64,000 bases of DNA from the human T2T-CHM13v2.0 reference genome, Homo sapiens. Positions 50,581 through 64,000 of the stretch are shown in pieces (within the stretch, counting starts at the first letter, position 1; each line of letters opens with the position of its first letter). The stretch lies in NCBI RefSeq assembly GCF_009914755.1, contig NC_060925.1. One strand, given 5' to 3'. The notes under the pieces are model-generated. The model ran no database searches. It was given only the letters and a program-made list of their open reading frames with translations, and was not told the DNA's origin. Both the position numbers and the translations under genes were made by a program.

Positions 50581-51729
50581 ACAGACAAGAGGGGTTTTGA
50601 ACAGTGATCTCTGCATGTGATCCTGCTTGGAGCTGTTTTCTGAAAAAAGTAGACAGGAAGTAATTAATCCCATTAATTTGGTACATCTAGACAGCCAACC
50701 TGGCATAGAAGAACTCTTACCCACTGAAAAGTTACTTTCCATAAGCTATCCAAGTGATTCAATGCATTTTATATACAGATCATAAATAAACAAGAACATT
50801 GAAAATTGTTCCATTCCCCATATCCTTTTGGTTGGTCCTTGAAAATGGTCTTTTTCCCCTCCCCCAGAAAATATATGATTAAATTGTCATTCTCAAAGAG
50901 CACTCATACACTGTATGTATTGCAGAGCTAGGACAATAACAGCTGTTAATACAGACAATCTTGATTGTTAAGGACGCATGCATACTGGACTCATCACTTT
51001 CATCACCTTCAGTTTAAACAGATGCCACCTGAGGAATATGACCTCTTTTTCTCTCCACATTAACCCCCTCCCCCATCATTATTCCCTCTTAAATAGAATC
51101 ATGGATTGTCTGTGCAAAAAAAGACTTTAGAAACCACATCATTTACCCTCTGCAATTCTACAGATGAGGAAAGGGTGGGGTGGGGGTTGGGGGCACAGAA
51201 AAAGAAAGACTTGCCAGAGCTTACAAGGAACCCAGGACTCCGTATTTCCAGTTCACTCAGTTCAGTCTACTTCCCCCAAACCAGATTGCTCCTTAGAGTT
51301 GATAAAAAGTATTTAGACTAACAGCACACTTTAAAAAAAGTTTTAACAACCCTTTTTTGGCCCAAGATACATAAAGAAGGGGCTGTCTTACTCCTTTCTT
51401 CCTTTCAGATGTGTTCCTGGAATGTCTTCACCAGATGTTTACTCGAGAACTTGCAATCTCAGTCTTCAACATGTGAGCGCATTTTAAGAGCAGTATTTTA
51501 GATCGGAACCCAATTAATGATTTTTTTTCTTTTTTAAAAAAGGGAATTTTAGTTTGCTTGCAAATGATCCGAGTCTGTAGAGTCTTTACAGACTCTGCGT
51601 TAACCTCAGTCAATTCCACTCTAGGACGTGCTAGTCTCACAGTCTAGTTTTGTTCAGACTTTATTTTGCGCCAAGCTGCATTACAGACCACTTGTCCAGG
51701 CTGCAAAAGGTTGGGGTAGGGGGTTGGGG

Positions 51730-52130
51730 TGACGGGCGCTTCCCCCCCGCTTCATATACGTGAAGCAATCTGGAATCATTCCACTTGGCTCTGACGCGCG
51801 CGCGCGCACACACACACGCGCGCGCACACACACACTCTCACACACACGTGTACCGTGCATGTGTGGGCGCCTATGGATCTGTGTATGCGCGCGTTTGTGA
51901 TTTAAAGTGACAGGACCAAGAACTGGCTGAAGCAGAGAATTGTTTTGCGTGATAAATCAACTTGATTGTCTCCACACTGTACTTCCATTATTCACCCGAG
52001 TGCTCGGTGGTTACGGCGGACGTGCACTGCGGCAAAAATGTCCTCGGAGCCGCTAATTTTGTGGCCACTGCGGCGGCTGCGGCGGCTGCGGCAGCGGAGG
52101 CGCGGGGGCGCGAGCACGGGTTGATTTTTC
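51730..52130. promoter_or_regulatory. CpG island 4 / enhancer-like block
   Basis: CpG-rich; TGATAAATCAA, GCTAATT; (GCGGCGGCT)n at ~52070-52097. Confidence 0.7.
51794..51835. repeat. (CG)n(CA)n alternating purine-pyrimidine tract, Z-DNA prone
   Basis: 42 bp of uninterrupted alternation with two (CG)n blocks. Confidence 0.9.
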
Positions 52131-52400
52131 AAGATCTATCTCCTTTAGTGCAACTCGCCAAATGGAATCGAGTTGACAGCAGAAGCCTCACAGGATGCGT
52201 GTGGATTGGGTTTTGTGCCTGTGATTTTTTAAAAAAATATATTTTTTATTTGTGGAGAGGAGCCGAGCTGTTGGCGCAAGAAGGGAAATATACCTTTTCT
52301 GTTTTATTTCCCCTTTATTCCCTTAAAAAAAAAATGAAAATGGCCACCACCGTTTCCTGAGCTTTCAGGAGGCCAGACCTTTGCAGATGGGGAGGTGACA

Positions 52401-52690
52401 CTTTTTTTTTTTTTTTTTAGACGGAGTTTCGCTCTTGTCGCCCAGGCTGGACTGCAATGGCGCGATCTCGGCTCACTGCAACCTCGCCTCCCGGGTACAA
52501 GCGATTCTCCTGCCTCAGCCTCCCGAGTAGCTGAGATCACAGGCGCCGGCCACCACGTCTGGCTAACTTTAGTAGAGACGGGGTTTCACCATGTGGGTCA
52601 GGCTGGTCGCGAACTCCTGACCTCAGGTGATCCACTCGCCTCGGCCTCCCAAAGTGTTGGGATTACAGGCGTGAGCCACAGCGCCTGGCC
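52401..52690 (-). mobile_element. Alu (AluSp/Sq-like), CpG-rich
   Basis: gagtttcgctcttgtcgccc; TSD gga(g/a)gtgacactttt. Confidence 0.93.
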
Positions 52691-53873
52691 GGAAGTGACA
52701 CTTTTAATCTGTTTCTTACCTCTGTCCCTCCCTCCCTCACCCACCTCCACCTCGTCAGCTCTGCAACAGTCCAGGGAGAGAAATTGTCATAGGCACTTGT
52801 GCCGGTCATTTGTTTTCACTCGCTTTTTTCTTCTGACAGTAGTTACCAATTTTTTTCTTTTAAAACTGATACTTTTTGTCTAGTTATCAAATTTTTAATA
52901 AATATATGTCCAGAATATGTTTGATTTGTCTTCTTAAACACCAACCCATGCAGTGGCTGAACAGCAGCAGGAGGCAATCTCTTTACCAGATCTGGTAGAG
53001 ATCACCTGGGGCAGACACAACTCAATAGTTACAGACAGTTGTTTTTTTTTTAATTTTTGGAGGAAGGTGGCTAATTTACAAATTAATTTCTAGAAATGTG
53101 TGTTGATGCCTGTGAGTTTATTTAAAAACACATACAGAATTTTACTTTCATATATTTATTATTGAATTGCTATTTTCTGTAGCTGAGCATATGGATCACA
53201 CCAGACATAATTTACATTTAAAAAGTGGGATTCCAAAGACTTGAGGGTCAGCTGTGCCACCCAACTTTGTTTGCAGGACAAAACCTGAATGTTTTTTGAG
53301 GGGGTGGGAAAACTTTTCCATTCATAAAGATGGCATTGACATATTTATCCTAGGTTTTTACCTCTCTTGAAGCTGACTACAGAGCCATAGTGGTATTTGT
53401 CAAATTGGGAAGATAATTGCAGTGTGAATGTGTGAGTAATGACACAGTATTGCATAATAATAACTTAAGCAGCATATCTTTGTTTACAGTGATGTAACTT
53501 TCCCAAAGTTTATATGTAGCCTTAAAGGGTTTAGTGCAGAGCGGATTGCAAATGAGTAACTGCCAAGAAGAAAGAAAGAGGGTGATCCATCCCTCCCAGT
53601 TAGTTCTGCAGTCCTCATTGTTATATGAAATCCCAACCTGCAGATACCAGGGGCAAGAGGACCCCATTTTTCTTGAACAGAAGGGAGAGATTGGAAAGAG
53701 GCCAAACTGATGACCTTAATGTATTTGATAAAGTTGGCCCGCATTGTCCATGATATGAAAAAATACTCCTTTTTAGGAGAAATTAAAAAGCTAGATGTAG
53801 CAACACAGTGAAAATCCATCTCAGTTAAATGTGAATATATACCCAGTGGAGTAAGCTATTACAACATAGTTGA

Positions 53874-54192
<319 letters not shown>

Positions 54193-54362
54193 TAAAAATG
54201 TGCTTCTAAAATAGTGAAAATGAGCCCAAATGAACTCACCACCAACAACCTCATTTTCTCCAACATTTAAAACATACTTAATCGGTCCTGTGTTTGGGGT
54301 ACTGTTTCACAACTCATAATTTGTAAAACTGTACAACTTTCATGTTACCATAACTTGATGAG

Positions 54363-54743
<381 letters not shown>

Positions 54744-55734
54744 TAATTCAGCCATTACAGAAGAGACAAATGGAAGTAGGTCAACATCTAGGTCCACAGA
54801 AAGGCGGCCTACCTACCAACTCAAAGGAAACCCATACTGTCTCCCAGGCACCAAAACTTCCACTGTCTTTTTTCTTAAAGACTCACATTCCAGGGCCTCA
54901 GAGTTTGATGTGATTCTGACTTATAGCTACAAAAGTGATACCAAAATGTTTAAATTAAAATATGAACATATGAAAACTAACAAATAAGCCTTTGTTGGTC
55001 ATTAAGCAAGGCCCTAAACTCATGAAATACTCCCCTAAATTCTATCAGAATTAAAACTCTTTGTGATATCCTCAGTAGAACCATGATTCACCATTACAGA
55101 GACTATAGTCAGACCACAGAGTTAATTTTTATAAACTTTCTTGGTATAGATTTTTTTTAAGCAAAAAAGAAATCACAAAAATAGCTTTCTTATAGAAAAT
55201 GTTTAGTAAAATTCCTAATATGCTGCTGCTGTAGACCGTTTTGCTAAACTGGGCACTTCGTTTAATGACAATAATAAATATCTGAATAGTATAAACATTA
55301 ACTATGGTATTTTCTTAGTTAATTGGTTATGTTCTTATTTTTAAAGCAACATAAAACATCATAGGAAAATCTTCAGATTTTACCATACTGGGATTGCTCT
55401 ATCAATGAAGTGCTTTTTAATTTTCAACTTATGATTTATGTGTTAAGCTTTCATATTATCAATTGTAAAAAAAAAAAACAAAACTGAGGGTTTTTTACTG
55501 GGTGCACATCAAAGTTAACATAATTATATTATCTATAGACCATGAAAGTCATACTATTGTACCTAACATACACACGGAGACAATTTACAATAGTAAGTAA
55601 CATTATGCAATGTTACATTTTTAAAAAATGGAAGCAAAGGCTTTGAAGAAATTGAAACAACTGGGGTGATCAGGTAACAATGTAAAAGCAATACAGACAC
55701 AAAACTATGAGATTGAGTCATTATTCACATTTAG

Positions 55735-56083
<349 letters not shown>

Positions 56084-56226
56084 TGAGGATACATTTTATA
56101 AGCCTTTCAATACCTCTCCAATTAAGAACATTTAGCTTGGGAAATAACAGGTGTCTGTGTCAATGCTATTATCTACTAAGAAAAACTCTCTCCTACCTAT
56201 GCTTAAAAAACAAACAAAAAAAATCG

Positions 56227-56871
<645 letters not shown>

Positions 56872-58389
56872 TCAAACTCTTTAAATAGCACTTCTTGTAA
56901 TTAGCATTTCAATTATTGGTAACATAAAATTCAATTGTCTTCTCAAATTCCGACTTTGAGAAATGAAATTGAATATTAATAATTATTTTTAACATGGGTT
57001 GAAGCAAGTATCACACATATTACATTTTCAGAATTTACTTGAATATTATGCTGTCACATCAGGACATAGGATTTACTGTAATCTGATGTTCAAATAAGAA
57101 TTCCAAAAGATAGTCCTACTAACTATGAAACTGGATTTGGAAAGAGAGAAGTGAGGTAGAACGCAACCCATTATTTGGTGCAAAGTCATGTGTCGAATGT
57201 TGTTAGCGACCCGGAAAAGGCTATTATGCTCTGGCCTTATGGAAAATAAGGTAATCTAGCCTTGTGGAGAATCACTTGCTGTTTTTAAAGACCAGCTTGC
57301 CCCTTACTTTTCCTGTATGCCCAGAACCCAGTGTAATACCTGGCACACCAATAACATTCAGTAAATATTTTACAAACTCGATAGTTCAATTTATTTTTAA
57401 AAAAACGTTAGGAAGTATAAATTTTGGTAGCAGATAGGGCTAGTAGAAATACTTTGGCAGAAGACAAGTTGGGAATTTCTTTTCTATCTGCCATCTCCTG
57501 ACAAATTAAAATATGTTTGATTTATTGTCAATTTTATGGCTCCTGCAAGGACTAGCAAACTAATAGGATAATGTTAAAACCAGAAACATTCACCATTCTT
57601 TGGTCTCTTTCTTTAAAAAGTACTTCTTTTTTCAGTATACTATAAACATACTAAGGACCTAACAAACTTTCATTTTTCAGCTTTCAGCCTGGCCCTGCTT
57701 ACAACAAACTGGCCATTTAGAACATCCTCGCCAAACTAAAGCACTCTTTATAATTGGTTCTACTTGTTCCCATTTTTGTTTTCTTTCCTTGGTAAACATA
57801 AAAATTATGCCAAAACTGCCAAAATTTATTGAAGGTAAATGCCATTCTTTCCAGCATTATTTTACTGAACAAGGTATTGCTGATGGAATGAATCTTAATA
57901 TCTACAGGAAACCAAAATATTATTCTTGCATATTAAAACCCAGAGAGTTTTTTTCCAAACAACTTATTTCTGCATTCATGTGATCTAAGATAGAAACCAA
58001 CTTTTTTTTCTTGGCCCATAAAACATAATGGCCTTCAGGGATCATTCATTGTTTCCATAGGTACCCAGCTCTGCTGATGCAGCACAACTCTTAACTTGCA
58101 GAGTAAAGAAAATAATAGGTATATTAAAAAGGAAAACGGTATCCCTGTAATTTTATGATTTTATAATACCATGTTATTTATATAAATAATAATATATAAA
58201 GTCAGAATTAGACTTTTGGCATCCCAATTAAGAAAAAAATTCCACTTAATAAAATATATATTTTCTAAAGTTTTTCCATAAAATATAAGGTATTACATTA
58301 ATATGGGATATTTAATTATTTAATGTTATAAAGAGGATAACAATTTCCCATCAGAACTTTTTTCTTATTATTGTATTTATTTTAACTAA

Positions 58390-58894
<505 letters not shown>

Positions 58895-59176
58895 GTTAGA
58901 ACTTTTTTTCTAAATTGCTCTAATGTTATAGCCCTAAAATATTAACTGGCAGACTAAAGACCTGAAGATGTGCATACATTACCAACCACAGTGAGTTCAG
59001 CCGAGTAGTTTCAAAGTTTTGGTCACAATAAAATGGTGACCAAACATTTTTCACTGTAAAAAGTATAGTATGGTATTGTTTACCAAGATGAAATAAGTTA
59101 GATATAAATGTCTTTTGTTCCATGTTAGGCTCTGGGACATCTTGACTAACATTTCCATATGTAAAACAAAAGAGAA

Positions 59177-59551
<375 letters not shown>

Positions 59552-60012
59552 TCAGACTGATTTTTCTAAAAAAAAAAAACTCATCTTATTACCACCTTCT
59601 TTAAACCTTTCAATGACTCTACATTGCTGTCAGGATACAGTCTATAGTCTTGAAGTTGATCACTATGGTCAAATGTTCTGACTCATATTTACCCCTTCAG
59701 CCTCATCTTGATACCTCCTCTCCCACTAGTTTTCAGTCCAGTTTATTTCTTCTTTCCACTCCAGCCTTCCTCCTCCCAATTCCCATAGTTCCTGGTAACT
59801 CTTATTTCTGGTTGAGAAAAAAACCTGCTCCAGCGTTCATAAAGTATTCCTGAAATGAATGAAGAAATGAACGGATGAATGCATATACCATATTGTTCTA
59901 TTATGCGTAACTATAGACCTATGGAATTTCTAATAACAACTTTAGATATCCATTAGTTGAAAGATACTTTACAGATGAGGAAACCCAGAGTGGTCCTGAC
60001 AATTCGAGTGAC

Positions 60013-60297
60013 TTTTTTTGTTTTTTTTTGAGATGGGGTCCCATTCTGTCACCCAGGCTGGAATGAAGTGGTGAGATCTCAGCTGACTGCCTTCCAGGCT
60101 CAAGCAGTCTTTCCACCTCAGCCCTCAAGTAGCTGAGACTACAAGCACACTCCACCACTCCCAGTTAATTTTTTTTTTAATAGAGAGAGGGTTTTGCCAT
60201 GTTGTCCAAGCTGGTCTCAAATGCCTGGGCTCAAACAATCCACCACCTTGGCTTCCCAAAATGCTGGGATTACAGGCATGAGCCACCATGTCGGGGC
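60013..60297 (-). mobile_element. AluJ inside MIR
   Basis: Antisense Alu; MIR core ttacagatgaggaaacccagag upstream. Confidence 0.88.
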
Positions 60298-60454
60298 TCA
60301 AATGACTTCTGAAGACCACACAGCTAACGGGACTATGGGGACTAGAATCTGAGCTTCCTGAGGCCCATGAAATCAACTCCATAAATGCAACAAGTCATTA
60401 AATAATTCATTCAATATTTTTCTCCAATAAGAAATTAAGATTATTGTTTTTTTC

Positions 60455-62135
<1,681 letters not shown>

Positions 62136-62849
62136 TACATTTTTTTTTTCGGTAATGATTTCAGTTGCCCTGAAGTCCTGGTTCTTAGGCTATTAACAGA
62201 GCTTTGAGGCAAGATACCCACTTACTGTTACTTGTATCAAACAGCAATAACCCAATTCTACAACTTCCTTTGTTAGAGCTCCCTTTGCTGACCCCATTTT
62301 GAGTCACCTTACGCAAGAAAGACGTCAGGACAGGCCAGAGAGCCAAAGGAAAGAGATTGGAAGAGTCTGAAGCCATAGCGTCCACACCAACTGGATTGTC
62401 CAGTTTCTGCTTCCTTCCCCTCTGTACTATTTTTGGGAGGTGTAATGTGATCTTAGGAATATTAGAGTAAGTATGAAAAACCATAGGGGCGGAGGGGTCA
62501 ATGCCAACTAGTTCTGTCCCTTCTTTGCTGCTGAATTCTAGGCCTTTCCATTAGCCCATAGCACTCAAGCTACAGCTGAGTCATTTGAGTCATTTGAGAA
62601 TATTCATTGAGAATAGTCATTTGAGAAGATTCCCATCCTTCCCACTCCCTCTGTCCTTATGTTGGCTGGACTCTCATCCAGGGCTGGAGTAAATGGTTCA
62701 GTGCATCACAGTCAAGACTGTTTTCTTCATGACAACCCAGGTCTGTGTGGCAGTGGTGAAGGTGGTAGTGGGAGGTTACATGGTAAATTTTCTCAGACCT
62801 CAGAACATCTCTGTTGCTTTCGAATAAACTTTCTTGAATTTTGTGGGTT

Positions 62850-63328
62850 TTCTTGTTTTTTTTTTTTTTTTTTTTTTTTTGCGGGGGGGGGTTTTGTAGA
62901 CAGGGTTTTGCTCTCCCACCCATGCTGGTATGCAGTGGCAGAATCACGGCTCACTTCACCCTGGACCTCCTGGGCTCATTCTCAGCCTTCCTTGTAGCCG
63001 GGACCACAGGTGCAAGCCACCAGGCCCAGCTAATTTCTTCATTTATTTTCAAGACAAGGTCTTGCTCTGTCATCCAGGCTGGGGATCGGTGCAATCACCG
63101 ATCATTGCAGCCTTGACCTCCTGGGCTCAGGTGATTCTTCCCACCTCAGCTTCCCAAGTAGCTGGGACTACAAACACATGCCACCATACCTGGCTAATTT
63201 TTTGTATTTTTTGTAAAGACAAGGTTTCGCCACGTTGCCCAGGTTGGTCTCAAACTCTTGGGTTCAAGTGATCCTCTCACCTCAGCCTCTCAAAATGTTG
63301 TGATTATAGTGAGTCACCTTCCCTGGCC
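62850..63328 (-). mobile_element. Composite AluJ (extra arm)
   Basis: Diverged antisense Alu arms. Confidence 0.82.
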
Positions 63329-63851
63329 TTGAATTTTATAATCACATGGACATTGTGTATTTCATAAATTTTAGTTTTTCCTCTTTAAATTATTAGGAAA
63401 CTCAAAGTCAAATTTTAAGTCAATGCTAGCAAAGTAAATGGAATCTTATTGCATATGTTTTGAATCTTACTCTCAATTTCACCTCATTTTTATCTTGATA
63501 GACTTTGTGTATGTATGTGTACACACCTCTACTCCAAAACCTATAAAATACAGGCAGGATAAATATGACTAGCTAAAAATTCAAATTATTTGTTATATAT
63601 AGTCCTCTATTAACAACTGTTGGTGGTAGAGGTATTGAGGGAATAGAAACTTACATATTTTGAACAGTTTTACATTCATGATTTTATTGAATCCTCACCA
63701 AGCCACATGAGGTAAGCAGGGCTGACAATATTTACATTTTACAGTGGGCGGGAGATGGGTAGGATGTCAGGGAAATTAAACTGTCCCAAGGTCACCAAGA
63801 GTAAAGAATAGGAAAGCATATTAAGCCCACAACTCAAAAATTCAATTCACA

Positions 63852-64000
63852 GCCTGGCACAGAGGCTCATGCCTGTAATCCCAGCACTTTGGGAGGCCGA
63901 GGCAGGAGGATTGCTTGAGCCCAGGAGTTCAAGACCAGCCTGGGCAACATAATGAAACCCTGACTTTACAAAAAACACAAAAATTAGCCAGCTGTGGTGC
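63852..64000 (+). mobile_element. AluJ, truncated by the window end
   Basis: Alu left arm. Confidence 0.9.

Noticed and set aside
45830-51035. Further CTCF-like words (~45831, ~48757, ~51023)
   Set aside because: Mismatches at informative core positions; not credible without ChIP data
51962-52360. 132-aa ORF with a poly-Ala run resembling a transcription factor
   Set aside because: TTG start, no homeobox or other domain; Ala run comes from a short GC triplet repeat
52984-52997. 14-bp perfect palindrome taccagatctggta
   Set aside because: A few such palindromes are expected by chance in 64 kb
62185-62484. 99-aa ATG ORF on the minus strand in unique DNA
   Set aside because: No recognisable homology or gene context; length compatible with chance

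Overview
Primate, almost certainly human, non-coding genomic DNA. I find no supportable protein-coding exon, tRNA, rRNA or snRNA. About 45 Alu elements or fragments make up roughly a fifth of the window. There are also old L1M, L2, CR1/L3, MIR, MLT1 solo-LTR and Tigger/hAT DNA-transposon fossils. The non-repeat part looks like a developmental-gene regulatory landscape: four orphan CpG islands (about 37.6-38.5, 44.8-46.0, 48.4-49.1 and 51.7-52.1 kb), two divergent CTCF motifs, and several homeobox-motif-dense enhancer-like blocks. There is also a candidate minus-strand lncRNA exon at about 6.6-6.8 kb and a G4/Z-DNA cluster at 51.2-52.1 kb. From memory only and unverified, the layout resembles the LBX1-BTRC intergenic interval at 10q24. 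The most distinctive direct observations are local-copying scars: an 83-bp inverted duplication, a 61-bp unique segment copied into an Alu 758 bp away, an A-B-B-A permuted duplication, a triplicated Alu tail and a ~180-bp tandem duplication. Repeat subfamily calls and boundaries are by eye and approximate.
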